Source of the DNA: a virus
Length of the DNA stretch: 64,000 bases
Virus record (IMG/VR): IMGVR_UViG_3300032304_000900
Location: 13,914 to 77,913 of that record
Direction: 5' to 3' (one strand)
Made by a program: the position numbers and the translations under genes. Below, piece after piece: positions 28,501-38,800 of the stretch. The stretch's first letter is position 1; every line of letters begins with the position of its first letter. The notes beneath the pieces are model-generated. The model had not been told where the DNA came from, ran no database searches, and saw only the letters and a list, made by a program, of their open reading frames with translations.

Positions 28501-30760
28501 CACCACCACGAATTGTGTAAATATCCCTTTTTGGCATTGCAAACAAAGAATCAAAATCTTCTGGAAGTTGATATACGCAATCTGCTCTGTTTAATGGACC
28601 AGACAATGTAAAGTTTGACCAAGTAGTAACTTTAGCAGCACGATCTGAACCTTGTAAATCGCGAACAAAGAAAAATTGTGTTGGGGAATTTGGAAACCAA
28701 ACCATGTCACCAGCTGTTAGGGTTGATCCAGAAATCCATTTAGTTCCAAGACCAGCTAAATCAACATTGTTATTTCCTGTTGTGGCAACTGTAGACTGAC
28801 CAACGATTGTTGAATTATAAGTTGTTGGTAACACTAATGCACGGAAACACTGTGCATCTCCACCAGCTGATGTTGAACCAACACTTAATGGTGATCCGAT
28901 AACACGAACTTTACGGAAATCTTCTCCTGGATTCATCTGAACATCCATTAGAGAAATTTTAGCAGTAGCACGTCCATTTAAAGTTTGTCCACCTTCCATA
29001 TAACGAATACGAGCAGTACCAACTCTTGATGTTGTTAAATATGTGCCATAGCTGTTAGCAGCACCACCAGAAGATGCAAAAGAATTTAATGCAACTGGAA
29101 ATGTAGTTGTTGTAACATTGGATGCTAATAATTTTGCAACTTGATATTCAGTGATTGAAGTAGCTGATGCTTGTGTATGAACAACTGCATAAGTTAATTT
29201 TGCTACTGCATTGTTTGGTGTGGCAGTACCAGATCCATCTGCTGCAGCAGTCATCGTTCCAAGTGTTTGTGATGTTGTTGGTGGGGTATCGACTTTAAAT
29301 AAATCAACAATTTGATAACCATCAATATCAGGAACACCAAATGGAATAACATCAATTAAATTCCCTAAACCAATTGGAATTCCCGTATTTGTTATTCTAG
29401 CAAAATCTCTTGCCTTTGGTGCTTCAATATAACGAACACCACTAGTTTCGTATTCAAATCCTTTAACGAATGCTTTACCATCTTTTACACCAAATGCGAT
29501 TTTATCTGTATCACCACCCTCGGAATCGCTGTAAAGTCCATAATCATATTTGGCTTCTGGGGTATATCTCCAGCGAACGCCACCATCACTAACTGCTCCT
29601 GATGAGTGTGTTGGTGCGCTTGTACCAGAAACACCATTGTCCAAACATACATAATAGTTAATTGCGTTTGTTGTTGGATTTGTATAAAAAACCACATCAC
29701 CAACTTGATAATTTGTAATACCTGTCCATGACCCTTGGTCTGAATCTCTATGTTCTTTAACTTCAATTTCAAATGGTCGAACAGTATAGTCGCCCGATTC
29801 ATCATATGTTCTACGAGCAAGTAATGTTTCTAAATATGAAAGATTTGTGCCTTTTGCTGAATATTCTAAAATACCACGACGAAGTGTCAATAATAAAATA
29901 AAATTTTCTGATTCAAACCCGATTTCTTTTTTATTTAATACGAGTTCAACTTTATAACGATGGGCACCTGGAGCTGTATAATTTGGTGCGCCAGTCGCAT
30001 TATCTAATAAAGAGCTATCTTCTTCTGGCGTAACAATTGTTTCTACAATATCTAATCCAACCATGCAAGTTGGTTCATTACTGTATTTCGCCAACGAAAT
30101 TTTTTGCGCATTAACTTTAACAAATGCCCCATCGACATAAAAAATACCAGTTTCAAGAACAGCAATAGTTGCTTTTTCTTGATAGTCAGAAGAATTTTGA
30201 ATACGAACACGATAAGAACCAACAGAAGCAGTTGTTACTTCACCACTAATTGGATTTGTGTATGTTGGATTTGATTCTACTTCCACATTTTGGTCGTTGA
30301 CAGTTTTAACTGGAACAACTGTAAATGTTAAAATTTCATTCTGAGCAAATTCACGTTCGCCATTGAATCCTTCAGAAAGATAATTGATGTAAAGTAATGC
30401 TGGGTCACCAACTGATGTAGATGGTTCACAAAGAATAATAACAGCACGAACACCTGTTGTTTCTCCGACTACTGTAACTCCATCAACTGCTCTAATAAAA
30501 GTATCTAAGTTTACACCACTATCGACTTCTAATGGTTCAAGTTTAATAGAAGCACAGCCAGCAAAAGTGGTAGCTCCAGGAATGACTCTAGACTTATTTT
30601 GAAAAATATAGTCGCCGATTCTCTGAACTTGTTTTTGTAAAATTGTTTGGGCTTGTGTTAATTCACGTGCTTGTAGTGAATATCCAGGACGAAACAAAAT
30701 ACGAAGGAATTTTTTATCCTCAGCATAATCATCGTAGTATGGAGCTACATTAAAATTCAT
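22556..30760 (-). CDS. Very large baseplate-associated structural protein (DUF4815/VrlC-like)
   Basis: N-terminal FNVAPYYDDY...RILFRPGYSLQARELTQAQTILQ; APGAHRYK; LARRTYDESGDYTV; RFKNGFIVDNF; DPLAQTF; SLFKSQNASTW; C-terminal PRIKDLRIIA; follows gp8. Confidence 0.8.
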   Translation of the reverse strand: MNFNVAPYYDDYAEDKKFLRILFRPGYSLQARELTQAQTILQKQVQRIGDYIFQNKSRVIPGATTFAGCASIKLEPLEVDSGVNLDTFIRAVDGVTVVGETTGVRAVIILCEPSTSVGDPALLYINYLSEGFNGEREFAQNEILTFTVVPVKTVNDQNVEVESNPTYTNPISGEVTTASVGSYRVRIQNSSDYQEKATIAVLETGIFYVDGAFVKVNAQKISLAKYSNEPTCMVGLDIVETIVTPEEDSSLLDNATGAPNYTAPGAHRYKVELVLNKKEIGFESENFILLLTLRRGILEYSAKGTNLSYLETLLARRTYDESGDYTVRPFEIEVKEHRDSDQGSWTGITNYQVGDVVFYTNPTTNAINYYVCLDNGVSGTSAPTHSSGAVSDGGVRWRYTPEAKYDYGLYSDSEGGDTDKIAFGVKDGKAFVKGFEYETSGVRYIEAPKARDFARITNTGIPIGLGNLIDVIPFGVPDIDGYQIVDLFKVDTPPTTSQTLGTMTAAADGSGTATPNNAVAKLTYAVVHTQASATSITEYQVAKLLASNVTTTTFPVALNSFASSGGAANSYGTYLTTSRVGTARIRYMEGGQTLNGRATAKISLMDVQMNPGEDFRKVRVIGSPLSVGSTSAGGDAQCFRALVLPTTYNSTIVGQSTVATTGNNNVDLAGLGTKWISGSTLTAGDMVWFPNSPTQFFFVRDLQGSDRAAKVTTWSNFTLSGPLNRADCVYQLPEDFDSLFAMPKRDIYTIRGGETLQDNNTTYTTLEKYTASGDAGTTFVSINLSVPDPDQLQITTPNAFIVINNTTGEAMTVFDVTLTTSNTAIIRLVASSSRAGAIANLQNDSYTIYAPVLKRLINAKEKVKSLVSATLDLTLQTTVELDIININKADIYRVLRVEMFPNVIFGNDISGLLTGSGIDITSNYEFDNGQRDTHYDLGRLIKGKSVPFPTGPIRVTFEYFEHSSGDYFSADSYPDLLYEEIPNFFSKITGRTTGLRDVLDFRPRVNDGGTFDGGTASLTSLPQRLYGLQCDFAYYLPRKDKIVLSKTGGFNLIQGVSSDNPQLPQTPDDTMHLFDIEYKPYTYRANSSNIIIKPIDNRRFTMKDIAKLEKRISNLEQTVTLNALEKETAQFSIKDQDGLDRFKNGFIVDNFTGHRVGNVLDPDYECSIDIIERVLRPAFNTTGVDLYEVARTAQERNAAGYRIHEGNIVTLPYFTGVEFYYKNKNEIQSITNKGNNATAAERSRKEALIRENNDLIIMEQPYATEFTTITSLTQPAGTGVVALYPSTDSWVETNIPQELVINEGGTYDSVAAQADALGIDFGTIWNNWQVSSLGRPITTVSSASWRDAGGTWTSTTSVVTQQVNETGRGTQTSLNESVGLTEVKGRLTARQSISYIRSRPVVFVGSAMRAGTRVYGFCDETNVTDYCTQATRLFLATRRFNYAEVPYQFGATNTERQVFLTYNTDAIEAGSASNYERTFMGSLANELASFTSIFTTIFSGTQTQPTSLTISQSLNDTARALIAPNSEVTAFTKGEIIRGQTSGATAIVILHEQSTNASTGQPDGVLDTLHVINVRGSFRAGETILGTIRSTKLNGGVLTLQLRGSNHIEAAAPGVLVTTGTGRCAGVWHLTSGQVINNRASPRFLTGRRVFMLSDSTTNSPTARTTYAEGVYAAVGIIDATQGGIIGVRNASIGSGPVQRNRSFIQQLSSTTTFTFEPDPPPAPAGDGGGGGNDPLAQTFMVTAQDSSNPEGCFLTEVELFFESKDTTTPVVVEIRTTQSGFPTTTVLPFGQKVVYPADILTSRDASVGTVVRFPAPVHVKNDTLYALIVIAASTQHRLWCATLDRTDVSPARLGRVLKSPSLGSLFKSQNASTWTESPTQDLKCNIFRAVFNTTSGSTDLGGTTTTGNYLTFTAGDVLPASNAGRATRFTSLALNPFRAKLGTSEIIVRHPNHGMSTGSFVSYRNVTGSDQFGFNNTDFNSETFTRNQFDIRTSTFVSTGNLVKHEVYKVYSHDLYSIRIYDGPVAKLATSSGQFGGDQIFATRNAQFTTLHPVLEVLNFQSTAVNAQVKTTSGRSPTGSETPYQKDDNWTNIVLNDNNYFNSQRVILNKQNEADLLDRASSFEMRVQLQSSTKFLSPVIDLDRAMAIVTQNRIDDPLTTKSINSNYFSATGGFDGAEIYNSEYDNKEGGVQMGYITRKLQFKNTSKLLKVQFAASIPSNCRVDKSTPTVTLPIKFQSGSRTSEHPAIIVQRSKISTSYPIGTTAIEFVAVTNIVDGMYVYGPGIQEGTRVNGIAGLIVTIDKSLKATIPSSTSGSVYFFTAFDITQSNKTKQIDVGDYVTYSGAGSPIPSGTYVTSAPKNTYFTKKVGSYATGSFVQASADNPITLTNTTTGGIDPTTNNMTVFVDNLSDIKLGMYCYIKFYNSNDGTFGWSPATIRRVLRINLDAKSIVLEKLSAADEWSSIGFSSSFYFNQNNNIITFFNPVIKLNQAVTGLVEPTLSTRTPTNLLTFTSPPNAEVEVYAKTSNAGNATSSAALSFSSNEYNAVTNPYGVDSTNEIIYFPIAHNLNTGSAVLYNAGSNTITNLRTGTVYYAVVVTTTSIKLATTYQNAIEIGRATPGFTPINITATAVQESHSFTDVNQKDQASIEDDLFFRILPDIVVSGDQSNYGGNNPTLTSRGQLTTTDNIEEFIDHSFTVDNLSSFNTAIIKIVMRSRNPAFVPRIKDLRIIATA

Positions 30761-30788
30761 TTATTTTTCTCCGAATGGTAATCTTTTA

Positions 30789-30796
30789 TATTTATC
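30789..30796 (-). promoter_or_regulatory. Late promoter variant GATAAATA
   Basis: NATAAATA overlapping the gp8 stop, about 30 nt upstream of the ATG at 30760. Confidence 0.6.
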
Positions 30797-32822
30797 AAAA
30801 CTCTAGAACAAATCTAAACTTTTCTCTTACTGTGCTTCTAGTCACAGCATTTCTGTATTCTGTAAAAATTATATTTCCACTGTATTTTTGAACAGTTGGA
30901 TTATATACACTATCGCTTCCACTGTATGTTAGTGTATGTGTTGTTCCAGTTCCAGCACCAGTTATATCGATAGCAACCCCAGTGTTAGCAAGTGTTAAAG
31001 ATGTTGCTAATTTAATTTCATTTGTAGAAATTCTAATTACATAATATGTATTTCCTGAAACTAAGACGGAACCTGTTGTACTTATAGCAGTTCCCGCACC
31101 AGAACTGTAAACAACTGAATCTCCAGTTTTAAATGGATGTCCTGGAATGGTTAAAATATCAGTTCCAACACCAACAATTCCTAAGGAACTTCCATTAAAC
31201 GATACGTATGGTCCAACATATAATGACGCTGCATTATCTGTTCTTGTTAATAAATTGCCCGAAGTAATTGGATTATTTTCTATCAATTGTTCTGTCGTTT
31301 GCAGCATTCCAACATATTTCTGAACTACAGTTTGCGTCAATGTATGACCAAGACCAATTCCAGGTGTAATTGATATAGCACTTCCTAGTGTTGCATTAGC
31401 ATAACTTGTTGCTAATTTAATTATATCAACACTAATTTTAATTGCATAGTAAGTTTGACCATTAGTTAAACCAACAACAGATGTTCCACCATTATTATTA
31501 TATAACAAGGAATCGCCAGTAATCAGATTATGTCCAACAGAAGTCAATTCATTAGTTGTTCCATTCACAGCAGTTGCTGCGTTAAATGATAATGTGTTTA
31601 CAATAGAAGATGTATTATCTCTAACAGAAACCACAGTAGCAACTGGATTACTCAATCCACTTGTCGCTGTTGTAAGTCTATTAGCATAAGAGATAGAACC
31701 TGACATAATATTAGTTTTGTATTCTTTAAAGTTTGTTAACAAACTAGATGTTGAAACAGTTGTAGTTCCATAATTGTATGGATTTTCCAATAATCCAACA
31801 ACACGATATGTTAGACCAGTGACATCAGAGGTTCCATACTGTGTGGGCGCATTTCCTCTTGTTGTAAAATAATCATCAGTCTCTTCGTTAGATGCACAAA
31901 TAAGCAGAAAATTTGGTTCAAATTCTTGTTCTATATTACTAGCGAAACCACCAGTAGGTGCTACAATAATTTTAGCAGTCGCTGCTGTTGTTGGAGAACC
32001 ACCAGAAAATGTTACTGTTGCATAAGTATAACCTGTTCCTACACTAGTAATTGGAATATAAACTACACGTCCAGATACAACAACAGGTGTTCCTAATGTT
32101 AGACCAGTGCCATCTCCTTTTACAGTAAGTGATGGGGCTGAAGTATAACCTTCACCACGACTAGTCAAAACAACAGCAGTAGCATTACCAGATGCGCCAG
32201 CAGTAGCAGCAACACTTGGTAATGGGCAATGACTTGTTGTTAAAAAATTAGATATATCTGTAGAACTTAATTCGCCCATAAACTTCCACTTATAACCATC
32301 AGCAAGAGTTTGAATATTTGCTGTTGTAAATGTTGGCTTAGTAGTCGATGCTATTGGGTTTCCTGTTGTAGTGCTTCTATTATCAATACAACGATATAAT
32401 TTAAAAACACCAGCATCATCCACTAAAACTAAGCTGTTTGAACGAGCCAATGATAATGGTTTAGTGTTAGTATATTCACCAGCAAGACTTACACCAGTAA
32501 CTGTTGATCCATCATAATCATCTCTATACATATCATAATATTGCCCATTTACCCAATTTACTCTTCTAAAACCACGCTTTAAGTCAGCCGATGTTATTTT
32601 CTTTAAACCAATAATTCCATCCCAAATTTGTTTTTCAACAATTACTGTATCTTTTGGTGCTGGGGGATTTGTATCATTATTAGAACCACCAGGAACTGTT
32701 GCCCAAGATACTGGATTTCCAAAATAAAAATATAAAGATGTATCACCATCAGCTATTTGTGCTGCGTAGTTTCCAGCATTTCTTGCTTTAGTTTTTTGTT
32801 TAATAATTGCGTACTGTGGCAT
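30795..32822 (-). CDS. gp8: Baseplate wedge subunit (gp8-like) with inserted repeat domains
   Basis: LYFYFGNPVSW...PPAPKD, RRVNWVNGQYYDMYRDDY, LYRCIDN, DGYKWKFM; C-terminal KYSGNIIFTEYR..VTR..E.F..VLEF. Confidence 0.85.
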   Translation of the reverse strand: MPQYAIIKQKTKARNAGNYAAQIADGDTSLYFYFGNPVSWATVPGGSNNDTNPPAPKDTVIVEKQIWDGIIGLKKITSADLKRGFRRVNWVNGQYYDMYRDDYDGSTVTGVSLAGEYTNTKPLSLARSNSLVLVDDAGVFKLYRCIDNRSTTTGNPIASTTKPTFTTANIQTLADGYKWKFMGELSSTDISNFLTTSHCPLPSVAATAGASGNATAVVLTSRGEGYTSAPSLTVKGDGTGLTLGTPVVVSGRVVYIPITSVGTGYTYATVTFSGGSPTTAATAKIIVAPTGGFASNIEQEFEPNFLLICASNEETDDYFTTRGNAPTQYGTSDVTGLTYRVVGLLENPYNYGTTTVSTSSLLTNFKEYKTNIMSGSISYANRLTTATSGLSNPVATVVSVRDNTSSIVNTLSFNAATAVNGTTNELTSVGHNLITGDSLLYNNNGGTSVVGLTNGQTYYAIKISVDIIKLATSYANATLGSAISITPGIGLGHTLTQTVVQKYVGMLQTTEQLIENNPITSGNLLTRTDNAASLYVGPYVSFNGSSLGIVGVGTDILTIPGHPFKTGDSVVYSSGAGTAISTTGSVLVSGNTYYVIRISTNEIKLATSLTLANTGVAIDITGAGTGTTHTLTYSGSDSVYNPTVQKYSGNIIFTEYRNAVTRSTVREKFRFVLEF

Positions 32823-32823
32823 T

Positions 32824-35800
32824 TTATGTAGTCATTTCTGTTATAATTGCAGTGCTTGTATTATTTATTGAACTTCCAACAACCTCTGTGTTTCCTAGTT
32901 TTTCATTTCCATTGTTTACCACAAAATAGTCGACTTCGCCGAACACAGCCATTCCAGCTGGATGAACTAATCTATTAAAGTATGGTTTCCAATTCTCAAA
33001 TGTATTAGAACCTCTTACGACATAAGAATAATCTTGATAATAATAAGAATCTTGTAATTTCATTGTCGTGTTTATTAACTGTTTATCGCCTTCATAGTTA
33101 ACTGTAGATCCATTTGCTGTTGATGTAGTTATAGATCCAGGAGAGGCTGTAGCCTCTGCGATATAAAGACCAATTTCAATAGTACCACCACTTACATATG
33201 CTGCGCCAGAGGTAGTAACAAAAGTTGTAAGTCCAGAGTTTGTAAATAATCTAAATGTTGTATCTGTTATTGGTGACGCATAATATAAACCATTGGCAAC
33301 TCCTTGTGCAGCTAAACCAGAAATTTTAACTTTGTCGCCTCTGGAAATATAATGTTTTGTGCTGGTTGTAAATACAGGAGTTGATGATATTGTAACTGAA
33401 GTAATAGAATATGTTCTTCCAACTACAACTGTAGCACCAGATGTAACACCTATCAATGTATTGCCAAAAGCAACGATCGTTGCGCCACCATTTGGTTTTA
33501 TTTTATAGTATCTTCCAATTTTAGAAACAAATGTTCCAATCTCTGTTGAACCAATTTTAACTGTTTCTCCATCAATAAATGTTCCTGTTGCATTTGTTCC
33601 TAAAAATGTTGCAGGCAATAATAATGTTCTACTTACAGAATGTAAACCACCATTTAATATTTCTAATGTTCTTAATCTTCCAATGTCTTTAATAATTGGA
33701 TAAACTACTGCACCAGAACCATTTCTTGGTCCAACATTAATAGACATTTCTGGAAGTCTTTTATAGGATCCTGGAGATGTTAACACTATTTGATCAATTA
33801 CACCTGTTTCTGTTTGTAAAGAATCAGAGAACATAATCGTAAATTCTTCATATCCAGTTCCAGTTGTTGATGGATTCGCAGCCATTCCTGCATTTGGTTT
33901 TGTCGAAAGAGGAATTACTTCAGCAATCTCAGAAGCAGTTGTAATATTTGTTCTATAGAAATAATGTGTTCCAGTTCCTGCTCCAGTAATATCGATTGCA
34001 ATTGAACTTAATGCGTTTTCCAAACTTGTTGCAAGTTTAAATGTTGTTGAATTGACACGAATTACATAAACAGTAGATGGTATATTTCCAACAGATCTTT
34101 GAATTGATGTTCCAGTAGTAGAATATGTTAACTCTTCGCCAGTATAAAACCCATGATTAGATGCAGTAATTATATCAGTAGATACATTTACTCCTGCTGC
34201 ATTCGTAGAGACAGTTCCAAAATTTATTGTTGAACCATTAGAGTTTGATGTCAATGTGAAATGTTCTTGTGTTCCTGTACTTATTGAATCTTTTACATAC
34301 ATTGTTTGACCAGAAACAATTCCTGGACTTAAAACTCTTTGTTGCCTAAACTCAACTTCATCACCATTTTTAAAATAATTTTTATAATTTGGCGTATAGA
34401 AAAACTGCTCTTTGTTTGATGAATCGGCGAGCATGTTGCCGTTCGATCCATCAATTTCGATTGTGTGTACACCAGAACCAGAAGAAGTTATTTGAACATA
34501 AATTCCAGCAAGAGCATCATTTTTGTTTGCTGCTATTCTTAACTGATTCTCTGTTACAAAAATAGCATAATAAACTATTCCAGCAAGCAATCCACCAATA
34601 GGATTTCCTGTTGTATTGTATGTCATTGTATTAAGAGTTCTTAACGTATGTTCTGATGCTGTTGTTAAGATACCAGAAACTGTATTTATTCCTGTTATTT
34701 GAACATTATCAATATATTTTCTAGTGTCAAACGAATTTTCTTTTACCGAGTTGTAGGTAAATGACTGTGGAATAGTTTGTAGTGAGCATGTTTTTCCAGA
34801 AGTTCCAAACGCAGTAATATTTACAAAAGTAGATGAGTTGTAATTATCTTTTGATGTTGCTAATCTAATTGTGTTTGCGTTTACTACTTTAACATAATAC
34901 GTAGTATCATCATTCAATCCTGTTGGTTTTGTGCCATTAAAATCTGATCTAAATCTTACCCAAGACCCATCAGCAAAACCATGATTTGCTATACTAATAC
35001 TTCCAGGTGTTCCTGTTGTTACATCTGATGATGGATCAAAATATCTAGAAATAGAGATATTATCATCTGTGATCATGCCCATAAAAGATGCATTTACTGG
35101 ATTGTTTATTGCAGAATTAACAGTTGTCCCAGAAACAATAGGATTATAAAATAATTCATTACCATCATTATTAGAGCCAAAATCATTTCCTAGTGAAAAT
35201 GGAACAAGAGAATTTGTGTCAGCAACAGCATCAGCTTGAGTTGAATACAATTTAACATATTTACCATAATCATTTTCGCCCTTTCTAATGTATAAATCTC
35301 TAACAAAAGGCGAAACATATGCATTATCAACAACTGATAGTGTGGGATTGATTGTTAACATTCCACTATCAGAGATTTTTTCAACTATTGTATCTGATTT
35401 ATGTAATGCTCTAATCGAAACAGTGTAATCTCTTATTGTTGTATCTGGAACAACAATTGAGTTTGGCGACCAACAATTATAGAATTGATAAACTGTTCTT
35501 TGAACATCACTTGAAACTTTTGTATACTCTGCCTTATTAGCATAAAACACAACATGTTTCTTTGGATCTGCTGATGGCAAAGATGGAGAATAAAATTCTA
35601 TCATTACTGTTGATTCTAGTATAGATAAATTGCCTTCGGCTAGTGAGTTAAATCCAAAATCATTTATTTCGTATGCTAAATACTCACCATCTTCAGCAAG
35701 ATAAACCGACTCACCAGAGAATATAGAATCCTGCATTGTGATATATTCTCTAGTATCACGTTTAGATACTGATGTAGTATGTGATAAACTGTCAATAATG

Positions 35801-38800
35801 TTTCTTAAATTGACCTCAAATGGAATATCAAAATAAACATTTAATTCTTCTGGCAAAGAAAATCCAATTGTAAAATATCTTTTTGCGTTACTCTTATATG
35901 CACCAAAACTAGAAGAAGTAATTCCCAATGGACCATTTTCTGCAGTAGGTATTAGAGATGTATTATCATAATATTCTTGTTCAATAATACTAATTCTTCT
36001 TTGTTCATCAAATTCTGCTGCAAATTTAAAAGATCCAGCACCAGTACCATCTGTAAAATAAACTGAATTGTTCTTTGAAGATGCAACCATAACAGTTGAA
36101 CTTATATTGGAAAATTCTGATGGACCTGAAACATAATCTGATGTGTTCGTTGGATATGCTACTGTTAAATATGGAGTTTCACTGTATTCATCATTATAGG
36201 TTGGTTGAGCGACTTCAAACAATTCTTGAGCTGGACTTATTTCTGCGTAATCATCCCAAGATTTAAATAATCTTCGTTCACCACGATTAATATCATCTAC
36301 AGATTGCAAAGATTTTCTTTCAATCATAACACGAACAGAACTGAAATCTGGAATTTCAATTTCATTATTGTGTTGAATAACTCTTGTAGAAGAAGTTTCT
36401 GATGCAAGATATGGATAAGCAACATATCCTTCTGATTCGTTTTCGCTGCGTTTGTCTATTTCAAATTCAATATTTACTTGATCGCTTGTATTAAAATCAG
36501 CACGTTCCATAATAATATAATCTACACTTTCATTAATTGATTGAAATAGATATACTTTGTTATCAACAGTATATGGGTATGTTGTTTTTAAATTTGTATC
36601 AGAATCTGTTGGAATGTTTGGGTCTAAATTATATTTTAAATCCAAATCACGTGAACCACATGAACGCTTTCTTGCATAAATAGAAATTGCTGATTCCTCA
36701 ACACTACTGGATGTATAATCAACACCATTAGTTACATGGTTGCCAACAAAAGAACACAATGTGTTTGTTCCAGAGGAACCTGCTGCGGTAATTGTTCTAA
36801 ACAATTGATAGTGTAAATTTTCTCTTCCATAAGGAATCAGTTTAATGTTATTACTATCAACCACATATGCGTAAAATAATTCTCCATCAGTTGCGCCACC
36901 CATAACACTAGAACCCTCAGTAGTGTTAAAACGAACGATCTCACCTTGCTTAAATGGATGATTTGGTAAAAGAATTTGGTTTGAGGAAACAGCTGCAAAA
37001 GGATCAAATCCTGTTACATTAATTGTTTGTTCCCAGTTTTCTAAAATAAAAATATCATTAGAATTTGTTTCAGAAATATAATCGCTACCGTCTTCGTCTA
37101 AAATTAATGTTGCTCTTATGTCATACTGTACTGGCATTACAAAAATTTTACAATTTACTTTAGCATTTTTTTTAAAAATAAACTTATATTCCCATGGTCT
37201 TGTAGTATTTAAGTCATGACCATAAAGTGTATTTCTTTCTCTAATGTAAACAATTGGTCTTTCAACACTATGATCTGCTTCGGAAAATGGATATAATGAC
37301 GAAAGTGTCTCTTGACCAAATTTATAAACACCTATTTGTTTTGTTTCAGATATTTCGCCAATTTTTTGATCTAATATTTTTGTTTCAGTATATTTTCCCA
37401 TAAGGGTAGAAACAATTGGAGCATTTACTGTAGATCTGTTGGTTGCTTCAATTCTTTCTAATGCATTATAATCTGTTTGTGTATCAAACTCAATAATTAC
37501 AGTTCCTGGGCATGATGGTGTTCCTGTTGTGCATTGTGATGTTCCAATCCACAATTCTTCATCAACAAGTTCAATCGCAATTCCTTCATTTCTTGCCCAA
37601 TTAATTGAATAGTTTGATGTAGCTCCAATTCTAGGAATAATTGCTCTAAACAATCCTTGATTGTATGTGTACGATGATCTTGTATAAGTCACAATCTCAT
37701 CGCCTTGCTGCTCTAATAAAAATCCAAATTCTGCTGAAGATATTGAACCTGTGTTAATATTTGTAGATGTCTCATCAGAAATTTTTAAGTTAGATGTAGA
37801 AATTTCAGAACCAAAATTTCCCATTTCTTGACGCAGTTCAAAATCATTTTCAAAAAGGATTTTGTCCTCTGCGTCGATCCAGTTTACACCACCAATTTCA
37901 GAAACAAGATCTTTGTTAATTGTTCTTGCAATTTTTGCTGTAGCAGCACGATCTCCTTCGTTCAATGTTCCAAAAGAAACTGTATCAAAAATAGAATAAT
38001 TATCTCCAGCATTCTCTAGAACAATATCTTGAACGAAACCAGCAGTAATTCCTTCAACTTTAATATCTTCGGTGTTTGATACTGATGTAGCTAAAATTGC
38101 ATCATCGCCTGGAATATAACCAAGACCAGAATAAGATACTGTTGTTTCCGCTAATTGAGTTCTTAAGTTAAATGTAACAGAAGTGCCATCAGAATTTACT
38201 GCATAAACTATTGATATAGATGAAAAATTTAAAATAACATTATCTGCGGTTAAATACAATACATCATCAGTTGGATCATAATCAACTACTCTTGCTCTTA
38301 CAGTTACATTACCATTTACTGCATCAACTTGATAAATTTCAGAATTTACAAGTTTATCAATAGTTCCAGAAGAAAGATTGTATATTTTTATTTTAAATAC
38401 TTTTGTCCAAACACCAGCATTTAATTTCAAAACATCTACTTTTGGTAAATATACCTCAACTTCTTCACCATATAAAATTCTAAAAAAACATTTAACAGAG
38501 TCAATAGAACCTTTTGAATTATAAAACTCAACGATGTTTTTAAGAATAAATTTCTTATCTGCTTTTAATACTTGAGGGAAGTCTGGAAGAAACAATGTGT
38601 AAAAAGTGGTAACAATATCATCATCGTTTTGTTCATCGATATCATTGTATGTTTCTAAGTTTCTTATTACACCAAGTGCTTTTTCCGATTGCTCAAGATA
38701 TTGATAATACTTTTGCAAAAATGTAATGAATTTAGCATAATCTGAGCGAATAAACTCAGGTGCTTGATAATCAACAACTGTTGACGGATTTGCTTTAGCG

